A stretch of DNA of 64,000 nucleotides from Somniosus microcephalus (GCA_052327205.1 CM126224.1:63302001-63366000), one strand, 5' to 3'. Shown: positions 48,995-61,803, counted from the stretch's first letter. The notes: generated from the sequence alone by a model not told the origin. A program made the numbers and translations.

Positions 48995-50627
48995 CTCATG
49001 AAATAAACATAGTGATAGAGGAAATATTAAGGGGTTTAGCATCTTTGAAAGTGGATAAATCTCCAGGCCCGGATGAAATGTATCCCAGACTGTTAAGAGA
49101 AGTAAGTGAGGAAATAGCAGAGGCTCTGATCATTATTTTCCAATCCTCTCAGGCTACAGGTGTGGTGCCAGAGGACTGGAGGACTGCTAACGTTGTTTAA
49201 AAAGGGAGAAAGGGATAAACCAAGTAATTATAGGCCAGTTAGCCGTTCCTCAGTGGTGGGAAAATTGTTGGAAAAAATTTTGAGGGACAGGATAAATCTT
49301 CATTTAGAAAGACACGGATTAATCAGGGACAGTCAGCATGGATTTGTTAAGGGAAGGTCGTGTCTGACTAACGCGATTGAATTTTCTGAGGAGGTAACAA
49401 GGATGGTCGATGAGGGTAGTGTGTTTGATGTAGTCTATATGGATATTAGCAAGGCTTTTGATAGGGTCCCGCATGGCAGACTGGACATGAAAGTAAAAGC
49501 CCATGGGATCCAAGGTAAAGTGTCAAGTTGGATCCAAAATTGGCTCAGAGGCAGGAAACAAAGGGTAATGGTCGAAGGGTGATTTTGTGACTGGAAGGCT
49601 GTTTCCAGTGGGGTTCCGCAGGGCTCAGTACTGGGTCCTTTGCTTTTTGTGGTATATATCAATGATCTAGACTTGAATGTAGGGGGTATGATTAAGAGGT
49701 TTGCAGATGATACAAAAATTGGCCGTGTGGTTGATAATGAAGAAGAAAGCTGCAGACTGCAGGAAGATATCAATGGACTGGTCAGGTGGGCAGAACAGTG
49801 GCAAATGGAATTCAACCTGGAGAAGTGTGAGGTAATGTATTTGGGGAGGGCTAACAAGGCAAGGGAATACACAATAAATGGTAGGACACTGAGGAGTGCA
49901 GAAGATCAGAGGGACCTCAGTGTGCATGTCCACAGATCCCTGAAGGTAGCAGGACAGGTAGATAAGGTGGTTAAGAAGGTATACGGGATACTTGCCTTTA
50001 TTAGCCGAGGCATAGAATATAAGAGCAGGGAGGTTATGCTGGAACTGTATAAAACACTAGGTAGGCCACAGCTAGAATACTGTGTGTAGTTCTGGTCACC
50101 ACATTACAGGAAGGATGTGATTGCACTAGAGGGGGTGCAGAGGAGATTTACGAGGATGTTGCCTGGGCTGGGGAATTTTAGCAACGAGGAAAGATTGGAG
50201 AGGCTGGGGTTGTTTTCTTTGGAACAGAGGAGGCTGAGGGGAGACTTAATTGAGGTGTATAAAATTATGAGAGTCCTAGATAGAGTGGATAGGAAGGACC
50301 TATTTCCCTTAGCAGAAGGGTCAGTAACCAGGGGGCATAGATTTAAAGTAATTGGTCGGAGGTTAAGAGGGGATTTGAGGAGAAATCATTTCACCCAGAG
50401 GGTGGTGGGGGTCTGGAACTCACTGCCTGAAAGTGTGGTAGAGGCAGAGACCCTCATCACATTTAAAAAGCACTTGGATATGCACTGGAAGTGCCGTAAC
50501 CTACAAGGCTATGGACCAAGAGCTGGAAAGTGGGATTAGGGTGGATCCCTTAGGGTGGGTGTCGGCCGGCATGGACTAGATGGGCCGAATGGCCTCCTTC
50601 TGTGCTGTAAATTTCTATGATTCTATG
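48995..50627 (+). mobile_element. 5'-truncated CR1 in copy B (duplicate of 40587-43627 without the insert)
   Basis: Same RT fragments and shared stop codons; ATTAAC flanks at 48989-48994 and 50628-50633. Confidence 0.88.
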
Positions 50628-52090
50628 ATTAACATGGTTCCTGCCTGGGATGGGTGGGAAGTGGGGGAAAAGCAGCTGATAGCCTCCGGGGAGTTTTGTG
50701 GGAGGGAAGGGGGAGTGAGTCTGATGCAGGCAAGGCCGTGACTTTCCTTTTGGGGCCCAGAGGAGCACTCCCGCTACTGCATCCATTGCAAAGTCAAACC
50801 TTAGCAGGTAGAAAAAGCAAAGCCAAGAGCACTAGAATCACACACTGAATGGATATTACCACCAATCTGACGAGGACCACAGAAGGAGGCCATTCTTCTC
50901 CATCACATCTGTGCCAGCTCATTGCTGGAGCAATTCAAAACTAATCCCACTGTCTTGCTGTCTCCCATAGCCCTGCACTGCTTCCAATTATATAACGTAG
51001 CTAAAAGGACAAAATATTTGATAAAAGTAGGCCTGCAATGTGCAAAATAACTGAAGGGTGCTTTCAGTTTTCTTTCTTTTAAATTCATCCTGCTTTGCTA
51101 TGGAGGTCTTACAGAGATGAGATAAAGACCCTGAATAGAGCACCTGATCTGAATACATCACGAACCTCTGCAATGTAAGTAGAAAGGAGTTGGCCACACG
51201 TCAGTTAATTAATCCTGGGGGTTTCGGGCAGGCGGTGGGTGGGGGGAGCGGTGAGTTAGACACTCAACCGCTGCAGCACAACACAGGCCCAGGCTATTTT
51301 AACTCCTTGACCTCATTAACATGGTTCACTTCCTGCCTGGGATGGGTGTGATGTGGGGGGAAAGCAGCTGCTGGCCTCCGAGGGGTCTCGTGGGAGGGAA
51401 GGGGGAGTGAGTCTGATGCAGGGAAGGCCGTGACTTTCCTTTGGGGGCACAGAGGAGCACTCCTGCTCTGCCTGGCCCCAGAAAGGAAAGAACTTATCTG
51501 TTTGGAGCACTGCATCGTCCGGGCAGGTCCCGACTTTCTTCAGCCTGGTGGCAAAACTGCAGCAGCTTTCTGGCTCAGACTGCAGTGCAAATGTGGCTGT
51601 GGTCTGATTGACATCATCAGACCACAATTTGCATATTCCATGCAGGACCCTTAGTCATCCATCCAGATACCTGAATTAAAATTGCGGATGGCCGGACCCA
51701 GGTGGGTTAAGTTACCCGGGGCATTTTAACTGCTCACCCGGCTGGTTACGACCCGATGGATAGGGTTTAAATCACCCCCCCCCCCCCCCACCACCACCAC
51801 CACTCTGGACTGTTTTTGCATGCCTTGAGTTAATATAATAAAAAGCATCTTTTTAGCTATTGGCTTAATAGTATAGATTGAATTGTCGAGACACTGAGCA
51901 ACGCTAAGAGGGGGCAGTAAACTACAATCAGGATGGGAAGTGCACTCTGCAGGTCTGTGGTTTTGGATACTGAAGTATAATCACACCTTGATGTAAAGCA
52001 GCATATGGAAAGGCTACTAAAGCCTCCAAGTACAATGTTGAGCTACTCCTGATCATGTGTTCTTTCCAAACTATCTGATAACTCTCTAAA

Positions 52091-52535
52091 AGTGTCAGGC
52101 TTGGTTCAGTGCTAGCACTCTTGCCACTGTCAGAAGGTTGTGGCTTCACACCCTACTCGAAGACTTGAGCATGTAATCTAGGCTGATACTTCAGCAAAGT
52201 ATTGAGGGAGATTGTTAGAGGTGCCAACTTTCAGGTCAGATCTTTAACCAAGGCCCTATGTGCCCTTTCATCTGGATGTGAAAGAGCCCATGACTATTTA
52301 AAGAAGAGCCGGGAGTTCTCTTGGTGTCCTGGACAACACTCAATCAACACCATCAAAATAGATTAACTGGTCATTTATCCCATTGTTTTTCTGAGAGCTT
52401 ACTGTGCACAAATTGGCTGCCGCATTTTCCTACAATACAATGGTGACTAGACTTTTTAAAAAGTAATTGATTGGCTTTAAAACACTATGGGATGTCCTGA
52501 GGATGTGGCAGGTGCAATATAAATGCAAATTCTTT
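52091..52535 (+). mobile_element. tRNA-head Deu-domain SINE (SacSINE1/AmnSINE-like) with L2-type tail
   Basis: A/B-box-like head, AATCTAGGCTGA...GAGGTGCC..CTTTC core, ATATAAATGCAA tail. Confidence 0.7.
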
Positions 52536-52556
52536 TGGGGGGATTTTAACCTTGGG

Positions 52557-52937
52557 GCAGCCGTCTGGTGGAACATACAGACCAACCGTTCAATACCGGC
52601 AGCCGTCTGATGGAATGTGTAGACCAACCGTTCAATACCGGCAGCTGTCTGGTGGGCCGAGCAGGTCAGCCGCTCAATACCGCCACCTGTCTGGCGGGCC
52701 GAGCAGGTCAGGCGCTCAATACCGCCACGTGTCTGGTGGACCGAGCAGGTCAGGCGCTCAATACCGCCACGTGTCTGATGGGCCGAGCAGGTCAGGCGCT
52801 CAATACCGCCACCTGTCTGGTGGGCCGAGCAGGTCAGGCGCTCAATACCGCCACCTGTCTGGTGGGCCGAGCAGGTCAGGCGCTCAATACCGCCACCTAT
52901 CTGGTGGGCCGAGCAGGTCAGGCGCTCAATACTGGCA
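52557..52937 (+). repeat. 42-bp minisatellite, about 9 copies
   Basis: Unit CAATACCGCCACCTGTCTGGTGGGCCGAGCAGGTCAGGCGCT; 14-aa periodicity in the ORF track. Confidence 0.92.
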
Positions 52938-53189
52938 GTGGGACGCCCAGTTCCATTTCGAGGGCCTGGCCTCATTAACATATATCCAGTAAGCTGCACA
53001 TCATGAACAGTCGTCCCGCTACAGATCACCAGCTCCGGGCCAGCAGAGCGCTCAGTCTGGAGGGTGTGCGATCACGGAGTGGGGTAGCCCAGGGTGGCAG
53101 TGGCCCACTCCTGCTCCACCTGGCCCTACACTTACCTTTTTGGGCCATCTGCTCTTGCCCGCCAGGTTATACTGAACTAAAGCATTCCT

Positions 53190-56100
53190 GGCTTTAGTTT
53201 CCTGGATCACTGGGTCTGCTTCTGGGAAAGGTGGGACTTGTACAAGTCGGACGGTTTACACCTGAACCAGGGGGGAACCAATATCCTTGCGGGGAGGTTT
53301 GCTAGCACTGCTGGGGAGGGTTTAAACTAACTTGGCAGGGGGTTGGGGTACAGAGTGGAGCTATAGTAGGGGGTGATTTACGGCCAAATACAGAGGGAAA
53401 AACAAGTCAGCTGGGAAGGCAGAGCAAATATGTGAAGGCAAAAGAGAATATGGCAGGGCTGGAAGGCATTTATTTTAATGCAAGGAGTCTTGCAAATAAG
53501 GTGGATGAACTGAAGTTGTTGTTGAACACATGGGAGTACGATATTGTCGCTATCACGGAGACATGGTTGAGGGAGGGTCAGGACTGGCAGCTCAATATTC
53601 CGGGGTATAGAATCTTCAGGCGAGACAGAGGGGGGTGTAAAAGGGGAGGGGGTGTTGCAATATTAATTAAGGAGTCAATTACTGCTGTAAGGAGGGATGA
53701 TATATTAGCGGGTTCCTCTAATGAGGCCATATGGGTAGAACTTAAAAACAAAAAGGGGGCAAGCACTTTGCTGGGAGTGTACTATAGGCCCCCAAACAGT
53801 CAGGGGGAGATAGAGGAACAGATATGTAGGCAAATCTCCGAGAAGTGCGAAAATAATAGGGTAATAATAGTGGGGGATTTCAACTTCCCCAATATAAATT
53901 GGGACAGTCAGAGTGTGAAAGGCTTAGAGGGTGCAGAATTCTTAAAGTGCATCCAGGAGAGCTTTTTGAGCCAACATGTAGAAAGTCCTACAAGAGAGGG
54001 GGCGGTACTGGACCTAATTCTGGGGAATGTAGCCGGGCAAGTGGTGGAAGTGTCAGTAGGAGAGCATTTTGGCGACAGTGACCATAATTCGGTGAGATTT
54101 AAGGTGGTCATGGAAAAAGACAAAGACGGCCCGGAAATAAGGGTTCTAAATTGGGGGAAGGCCGATTTTAATATGATAAGGCAGGATCTGGCCAAAGTGG
54201 ACTGGGAGCAGCTGCTTATAGGAAAATCCACATCAAAACAGTGGGAGACTTTCAGAAGGGAAATAGAGAGAGTACAACGCCAACATGTTCCTGTAAAGGT
54301 CAAGGGTGGGACCAACAAGCAAAGGGAACCTTGGATGACAAGGGATATACAAAAATGCATTAGAAATAAGAGGGGGGCTTTTGGCAGTTACAAAAGACTA
54401 AAGACAGAAGAAGCCCTAGAGGAGTATAAAAAGTGCAGGGGCATACTTAAAAAAGAAATTAGGAGGGCGAGGAGGGGCCATGAAATAACACTGGCGAGCA
54501 AAATAAAGGAAAATCCTAAGATGTTTTATAAGTATATTAAGGGCAAGAGGATAACCAGGGAAAGGGTAGGGCCCATTAGGGACCAAAGTGGCAATCTGTG
54601 TGTAGAGCCAGAGGATGTAGGCGGGGTTTTAAATGAATTTTTTGCATCTGTGTTCACTATGGAGAAAGACGATGCAGACATAGAAATCGGGCAAGGGGAC
54701 TGTGACATACTTGAACATATTAGCATCGAGAGGGAGGAGGTGCTAGCGGTTTTAGCGGGCCAAAAAGTGGATAAATCCCCAGGCCCGGACGAGATGTATC
54801 CCAGGCTGCTGTGGGAGGCAAGGGAGGAGATTGCAGGGGCTCTGACACTAATTTTCAGAACCTCTCTGGCCACAGGGGATGTACCAGAGGACTGGAGAAC
54901 AGCTAACGTAGTACCATTATTCAAGAAGGGTAGCAGGGATAAACCAGGGAATTACAGGCCAGTGAGTCTAACATCTGTGGTGGGGAAATTATTGGAAAAA
55001 ATTCTGAGGGACAAAATTAATCTCCACTTGGAGAGGCAAGGATTAATCGGGGATAGTCAGCATGGCTTTGTCAAGGGTAAATCATGTCTAACAAATCTGA
55101 TCGAATTTTTCGAGGGGGTGACTAGTGGGGTGGATGAGGGAAATGCTGTGGATGTGGTGTACATGGACTTCAGTAAAGCTTTTGACAAAGTCCCGCATAG
55201 GAGACTGGTCAAGAAGGTAAGAGCCCATGGGATCCAGGGTGCCTTGGCGCGTTGGATCCTAAACTGGCTGAGTGGCAGGAGGCAGAGGGTGATGGTCGAA
55301 GGTTGCTTTTGTGACTGGAAGCCTGTGTCCAGTGGGGTACCTCAGGGATCGGTGCTGGGTCCCTTATTGTTTGTGATCTACATAAATGATTTGGATGAAA
55401 ATGTAAAAGGTATGATCAGTAAGTTCGCAGATGACACGAAAATTGGTGGGGTGGTAAATTGCGAGGAGGAAAGCCTCCGGCTACAGGACGATATAAACGG
55501 GTTGGTCAGATGGGCGGAAAAGTGGCAAATGGAATTTAACCCTGAAAAGTGCGAGGTGATGCATTTTGGACGGACAAATAAGGCAAGGGAATACACAATG
55601 AGTGGTAGGACCCTAGGAAGTACAGAGGGTCAGAGGGACCTTGGTGTACATGTACATAGATCCCTGAAGGCAGCGGAGCAGGTAGATAAGGTGGTTAAAA
55701 AGGCATATGGGATACTTGCCTTCATTAGCCGAGGCATAGAATATAAGAGCAGGGAGGTTATGATGGAGCTGTACAAAACGCTGGTGAGGCCACAGCTGGA
55801 GTACTGTGTGCAGTTCTGGTCGCCTCACTATAGGAAGGATGTGATTGCTTTGGAGAGGGTGCAGAGAAGATTCACCAGGATGTTACCTGGGATGGAGCGC
55901 CTCAGCTATGAAGAGAGGCTGGACAGGCTGGAGTTGTTTTCCTTGGAGCAGAGAAGGCTGAGGGGGGACCTGATTGAGGTGTACAAAATAATGAGGGGCA
56001 TAGATAGGGTAGATAAAGAGGAACTTTTCCCCTTAGTGGGGGGGTCAATAACAAGGGGGCATAGATTCAGGGTAAGGGGCAGGAGATTTAGAGGGGATTT

Positions 56101-56356
56101 GAGGAGGAACTTTTTCACCCAGAGGGTGGTTGGAATGTGGAACTCAATGCCTGAAAGGGTGGTGGAGGCAGGAACCCTCACAACATTCAAGAAGCATTTG
56201 GATGAGCACTTGAAATGCCATTGCATACAAGGCTATGGACCAAATGCTGGAAAATGGGATTAGACTGGACAGGGATGGATGGGCGGCGCAGACACGATGG
56301 GCCGAAGGGCCTCTTTCTGTGCTGTAAAACTCTATGACTCTATGACTCTATGACTC
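53190..56356 (+). mobile_element. Young CR1, truncated within the ORF1 esterase
   Basis: Starts near GFSFLDHW...DGLHLN; ends in (CTATGACT)3. Confidence 0.9.
53432..56263 (+). CDS. CR1 ORF2p (APE and RT), intact 943 aa
   Basis: YFNARS, ITETW, GDFN, SDH, GVPQGSVLGP, FADD; no internal stops. Confidence 0.95.
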   Translation: MKAKENMAGLEGIYFNARSLANKVDELKLLLNTWEYDIVAITETWLREGQDWQLNIPGYRIFRRDRGGCKRGGGVAILIKESITAVRRDDILAGSSNEAIWVELKNKKGASTLLGVYYRPPNSQGEIEEQICRQISEKCENNRVIIVGDFNFPNINWDSQSVKGLEGAEFLKCIQESFLSQHVESPTREGAVLDLILGNVAGQVVEVSVGEHFGDSDHNSVRFKVVMEKDKDGPEIRVLNWGKADFNMIRQDLAKVDWEQLLIGKSTSKQWETFRREIERVQRQHVPVKVKGGTNKQREPWMTRDIQKCIRNKRGAFGSYKRLKTEEALEEYKKCRGILKKEIRRARRGHEITLASKIKENPKMFYKYIKGKRITRERVGPIRDQSGNLCVEPEDVGGVLNEFFASVFTMEKDDADIEIGQGDCDILEHISIEREEVLAVLAGQKVDKSPGPDEMYPRLLWEAREEIAGALTLIFRTSLATGDVPEDWRTANVVPLFKKGSRDKPGNYRPVSLTSVVGKLLEKILRDKINLHLERQGLIGDSQHGFVKGKSCLTNLIEFFEGVTSGVDEGNAVDVVYMDFSKAFDKVPHRRLVKKVRAHGIQGALARWILNWLSGRRQRVMVEGCFCDWKPVSSGVPQGSVLGPLLFVIYINDLDENVKGMISKFADDTKIGGVVNCEEESLRLQDDINGLVRWAEKWQMEFNPEKCEVMHFGRTNKAREYTMSGRTLGSTEGQRDLGVHVHRSLKAAEQVDKVVKKAYGILAFISRGIEYKSREVMMELYKTLVRPQLEYCVQFWSPHYRKDVIALERVQRRFTRMLPGMERLSYEERLDRLELFSLEQRRLRGDLIEVYKIMRGIDRVDKEELFPLVGGSITRGHRFRVRGRRFRGDLRRNFFTQRVVGMWNSMPERVVEAGTLTTFKKHLDEHLKCHCIQGYGPNAGKWD

Positions 56357-58263
56357 CGCCCAGTTGGCCATTAAAATTGCATCGGGGTCCAATGTACATC
56401 ATAGCACCCCAATTTACATGGATTCATGACACTCCCACCTGATTCAGGCAGGCGCCTTGGCCACCCATGATAACCCCAGAGGTAATATGACAGCGGTCAA
56501 GAAGCGAGTAGTGCAGTAAGTCCACTACTGCAACTTTAACCCCACTACCACCCAGTTTCCGCCAGGCAGAGAGAGCTAAAAACGCCCCGTTTCTTTCTTC
56601 GGAAGCTTCTAATTAGGTGAGATATTTGACCTCAAATGCATTTTATTCCCTGAATTAAAACATTAAATTGGGCAGTCTGGCAGTCAAACTTCACCAAGAC
56701 TTTAATTTCAATAGACCTGCATCAACACCCATGAGTTCCAAGTGCTGGAGCTCGAGTTGTCTCTGTAGCCTCTTCCCATCTGGTCCTATTAAAGTTACAA
56801 TGAGACACGCCTGTTCATTTTCAATGTGAAACTCTTTACGCTTGGAATGTTGTGCTTGTCACAGATATCTTTGGCTCTGGATTTTTAATACACAGTGCTA
56901 CCAGCCATAAGACAAGGGAAAATAGAGCCTCTTAGTGTCTGGAATATGTAGCCTCATAATTTACCAGGGCACATATTATTCTTGATACATTTATTCGTTT
57001 TCAAATATTGTTGACCCGGAGAATAGAAGAATTCTCCTTTGTCGAATTAGCACCATGTACTCAAAGGAGAAGATCCCCTCTCGCCCCTCCTCTGACGAAA
57101 GTAGGAAACTCCGGGCCCAAATTGTGACTTAGTTCAGTCTGATCATAGAAACCTAGGAGGTATATTGTGTGAAGGTTCTTCCTTTATGCTCCATAACTTT
57201 GGAGGAAGAGCTCCAGAAACCCCAGGAAAGCAGTGTAAACGGTGTTGTACTGTGTTTTCACGGCATTTCTGTGACTCTTCCCCTGTAGGAATTCACCCCC
57301 TTAGAATTAACAATCGCTGACTTTGCTACGCAGCATTGCTAACGTGCAGCAGGGACAAAGGAAAGGAATTGCTGAAAATGAATTCCTTTAGCTGGAATGC
57401 ACTGCCTGAAAGGGTGGTGGATGCAGTTTCAGTAGTAACTTTCAAAAGGGAATTGGATATACAGTATACATAAAAAAGAAAAATTTGCTGGGCTACGGGG
57501 AAAGAGCAGGGGAGTGGGACTAATTGGAGAGCTCCACCAATGGGCCAAATGGCCTCCTCCTGTGTTGTAAGATTCTATGGTTCCATGAACTGGCACGTTC
57601 TAATTCAGTTATCAGTAAATTCATGGAACTCCATATGTATAAACAGAGCAGAGCTTTACAAGATAGTCCTTAATTTCTCAGCAAGAGTCAAAATTCTAAA
57701 GCAGTTGCTAGAAAAGTTCTGACGTCAATGTATTTGTGTGGACTTAAAATTTTTAATAGAAATTATCATCCCCAAAATCCCTAGAGATGTGTTCCCACCA
57801 ATCACGCTGGAATCATGCCCACCAGATTAACTCTGCCACTCTGCCAGAGTACGGAGGGTAAATGGGAAGTCAGCCTATTTAAACATTACAGGCAGACGCC
57901 TATGCCTCTTGGGGCAAGTCCTGGCCACTTGCCTGCCCTGGGATACGACGGCTTTGCTGCCCAGACTCGTGGAAACATTCACATTCAGCACCCACAGCCT
58001 ACTTTGTAGGAGAGACTCATTACACTCACCACAAACATTTTGATTTTTGGGAATACAGACCACTTCCCTAGCCTGGACCCCATGTCCACTGAGGAAGAGA
58101 GTAGTACACCTCCTTGCACAGCATACTGGCCTCCAAAGATGCCTCAACCTTCCCAACATAGGAGGTCCCCGACCTCGTCCCCTATCCCTCCATGCAGCTG
58201 GCCTTGTAAGAGGTAGGGAGAAGGTTCCTCCTCTTACAAAGCTGAGGGGGTACCCTAACATAA

Positions 58264-58645
58264 GGTGTCAGACGTGGCTCAGTGGTAGCACACTTACCTC
58301 TGCGTCAGAAGATCATAGGTTTAAGTCTCGCTCCCAATAATTGAGCACATAATCTAGGCTGCAATTTTAATACAGTACTCCCTCAGTGTGAGATGCCATC
58401 TTTCGGATGTGACGTTAAACCGAGGTAGACGTAAAGTATTCCATGGCACTATTCGAAGAACCCCAGTGTTTGGTGAATATTTATCCCTCAACCAACTTCA
58501 CTAAAATCAGCTTAGCTGGTCATTGACCTCATTGCTCTCATGTTTCCCTGCGTTACAACATTTGACGACACTTCATTGGCTGTGAAGCACTTTGGGACAT
58601 CCTGAGGTTGTGAAAGATGCCTTATAAATGCAAGTTAATTCCTTC
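58264..58645 (+). mobile_element. Deu-domain SINE, second copy
   Basis: GTGGCTCAGTGGTAGCAC head, AATCTAGGCTG, TCTTTCGGATG.GACGTTAAACCGAGG. Confidence 0.72.
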
Positions 58646-58759
58646 GTTCCTACGACCGGCTTCATTCCTAATTCAATATCTAGGCCTGGCATTTCCACTG
58701 CACTCCCACGCAGATTTACAGCAGGAGTGCATGAGAGGGCTGAGGAATTTTGGCCTCTA

Positions 58760-59215
58760 TTTATCCTGTGCTTGCTGACCTACATTGGCTCCCGGCTAAG
58801 CAACGCCTCGATTTTAAAATTCTCACCCTTGTTTTCAAATCTCTCCATGGCCTCACCCCTCCCTATCTCTGTAATCTCCTCCAGCCCCACAACCCCCCGA
58901 GATCTCTGCGCTCCTCTAATTCTGCCCTCTTGAGCATCCCTGATTTTAATTGCTCCACCATTGGTGGCCGTGCCTTCTGTTGCCTGGGCCCTAAGCTCTG
59001 GAATTCCCTCCCTAAACCTTTTCGCCTCTCTACCTCTCTTTCCTCCTTTAAGACACTCCTTAAAATCTACACTTTGACCAAGCTTTTGGTCATCCGCCCT
59101 AATTTTTCCTTATGTGGCTTTGTGTCAAATTTTTTGTTTTATAACACTCCTGTGAAGCACCTTGGGACGTTTTACTACAGTAATGGCGCTATATAAATAC
59201 AAGTTGTTGTTGTTG
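58760..59215 (+). mobile_element. L2 LINE 3' fragment
   Basis: PVLADLHWLP...RLDFKIL...GGRAF...LWNSLP; tail ATATAAATACAAGTTGTTGTTG. Confidence 0.85.
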
Positions 59216-59432
59216 TAATTCATGCCTCTCTTAAGTCACAATCCCAGATGAGTCTCCAATATGTCGGAAAATGAATCAATATTTATGTTTTTATCTGGGT
59301 TTTAAGATGTCAAAGCAACGGAGATGGTACCAAAGAAATTCACTAAGATGATACCAGAGATGAGAGGAAATAAAAACAGAAAATGCTGGAAATACTCAGC
59401 AGGTCAGGCAGCATCTGTGGAGAGAGAAACAG

Positions 59433-59469
59433 AGTTAACGTTTCAGGTCGATGACCCTTCGTCAGAACT
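59433..59469 (-). ncRNA. Minimal hammerhead ribozyme, inverted pLTR copy
   Basis: Reverse complement matches 61804-61840. Confidence 0.8.
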
Positions 59470-60158
59470 GGAAAAAGCTGGAGATGGAACAGGATTTTAA
59501 CCAAGTGTAGGGGCAGGGAAAGGGGGGAGGGGAGGAAAGAACAAAAGGGAAGGTCTGTGATAGGATGGAAGGCAGGAGAGATTAAGAGACAAAAGGAATG
59601 ATGGTTCAGGCAAAAGGAGATGGTAATGGGACAAGCAAAGAAACAAAGGATGGCTCTAGATGAAGTGTAAATGGCGCTGGCAGAATGATCGACAGCCGCC
59701 ATGTGAGAGAGAGAAAAAAAGTGGAAAAAAAAGATTGGGGCAGAGGTCATGGTCTGCAATTGTTGAACTCGATGTTGAATCCAGAAGGCTGTAAAGTGCC
59801 TAATCGAAAGATGAGTGTTCCTCGAGCTTACGTTGAGTTTCAGTGGAACAGTGTAAGAGGCTGAAGACGGAGAGATCAGAGTCGGAGTGGAGCGGGGAAT
59901 TAAAGTGACAGGCGACCGGAACCTCGGGGTCACCCTTAAGGACTGAATGGAGGTGTTCCACAAAGCGGTCACCCAATCTGCGTTTGGCCTCCCCAATGTA
60001 GAGGAGACCACATCGTGAGCAGCGAATACAGTATACTAGATTGCAAGAAGTACAAGGAAATCGCTGTTTCACCTGGAAGGAGTGTTTGGGGCCCTGGACA
60101 GTGGGAAGGGGGGAGGTAAAAGGGCAGGTGTTGCATCTCCTGTGCTTGCAGGAGGCTG

Positions 60159-61529
60159 GTGTGGTGGACGTCCAATCGCTCTACCACCTCCATCCCCCAC
60201 CAGGATGGCCTGAGGGTGCTCCGCTTCTTCCTTGAACAGAGGCCCAACCAGTCCCCATCCACCACCACCCTCCTCCGCCTGGCTGAACTTGTTCTCATAT
60301 TGAACAACTTCTCCTTTGACTCCACTCACTTCCTCCAAATTAAAGGTGTTGCTATGGGAACCCGCATGGGTCCTAGCTATGCCTGCCTTTTTGTTGGATA
60401 AGTGGAACATTATTTGTTCCAGTCCTACTCAGGTTCCCTCCCTCACCTCTTTTTCCGGTACATTGGTGACTGTATCGGTGCCGTTTCCTGCTCTCGCCCT
60501 GAACTAGAAAATTTCATTCACTTTGCTTCCAATTTCCACCCTTCCCTCACCTTCACATGGTCCATCTCCGACTCTTCCCTTCCTTTCCTAGACTTCTCTG
60601 CCTCCATCTCTGGGGATAGGCTATTGACAAACATTCACTACAAGCCCACTGACTCCCACAGCTACCTGGACTACACTTCCTCCCACCCCGCTTCCTGTAA
60701 GGACTCTATTCCATTCTCCCAGTTTCTCCGTCTCCGCCGCATCTGCTCTGATGATGCCACCTTCCATACTAGTGCTTCTGAAATGTCTTCCTTTTTCCTC
60801 AACCGAGGATTCCCCTCTACTGTGGCTGACACGGCCCTTGACCGTGTCCGTTCTATTTCCCGCACGTCTGCCCTCACCCCTTCCCCTCCCTCCCGGAACC
60901 ACAATAGGGTTCCCCTTGTCCTCACCTTTCACTCCACCAGCCTCCACATTCAATGGATCATCCTCCGCCATTTCCGCCACCTCCAGCGTGATCCCACCAC
61001 CAAACACATCTTCCCCTCACCTCCCCTTTCAGCATTCCGAAGGGACCGCTCCCTCCGCGACACCCTGGTCCACTCCACTATCACCCCCAACACCCCTTCC
61101 CCTTCGCCCGGCACCTTCCCATGCAAGCATAGGAGATGCAACACCTGCCCTTTTACCTCCCCCCTTCCCACTGTCCAGGGCCCCAAACACACCTTCCAGG
61201 TGAAACAGCGATTTACTTGTACTTCTCGCAATCTAGTATACTGTATTCGCTGCTCACGATGTGGTCTCCTCTACATTGGGGAGACCAAACGCAGATTGGG
61301 TGACCGCTTTGTGGAACACCTCCATTCAGTCCGTGAGGGTGACCCCGAGCTTCCGGTCGCCTGTCACTTTAATTCTCCGCTCCACTCCCACTCATTCCTC
61401 ACCGTCCTCGGCCTCTTACACTGTTCCAATGAAGCTCAACGTAAGCTCGAGGAACAGCACCTCATCTTTCGATTAGGCACTTTACAGCCTTCTGGACTCA
61501 ACATCGAGTTCAACAATTGCAGATCATAA
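60159..61529 (+). pseudogene. Penelope RT and GIY-YIG ORF, 5'-truncated, with a stop at 60399-60401
   Basis: GVAMGTRMGP; RYIGD (normally RYIDD); YKPTD; YCIRCSRCGLLYIGETKRRLGDRF. Confidence 0.9.
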
Positions 61530-61803
61530 CCTCTGCCCCTATCTTTTTCTTCCATTTTTTTTCTCTCTCATGGCAGCTGTCGATCATTCTGCCATCGCCA
61601 TTTACACTTCATCTAGAGCCATCTTTTGTTTCTTAACTTGTCCCATTACCATTTCCTTTTGCCTTGCACCATCATCCCTTTTGTCTCTTAATCTCTCCCA
61701 CCTTCCATCCTATCACAGACCTTCCCTTTTGTTCTTTCCTCCCCGCCCCCCTTTCCCTGCCCCTACGCCTGCTTAAAAACCGGTTCCATCTCCAGTTTTT
61801 TTC

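Larger units (their letters stand above)
40044..51471 (+). repeat. Local tandem triplication: copy A 40044-48451 (with inserts), copy B 48452-50777, copy C 50778-~51471
   Basis: Near-identical blocks starting CCATTGCAAAGTCAAACC; equivalent ORFs at 40169, 48577 and 50903. Confidence 0.92.
52536..56588. mobile_element. GGGGG.ATTTTAAC-type MITE containing a minisatellite and split by a CR1
   Basis: Left end GGGGGGATTTTAAC; right end GCTAAAAACGCCCC. Confidence 0.55.

Noticed and set aside
52557-52937. CRISPR-like array
   Set aside because: Units are contiguous with no unique spacers, there are no cas genes, and the context is eukaryotic.
53908-56226. Antisense ORFs over CR1 ORF2
   Set aside because: Typical shadow ORFs with no independent motifs.
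57085-57120. CTGACGA...GAAAC as a hammerhead
   Set aside because: No stem II and no convincing stem I.
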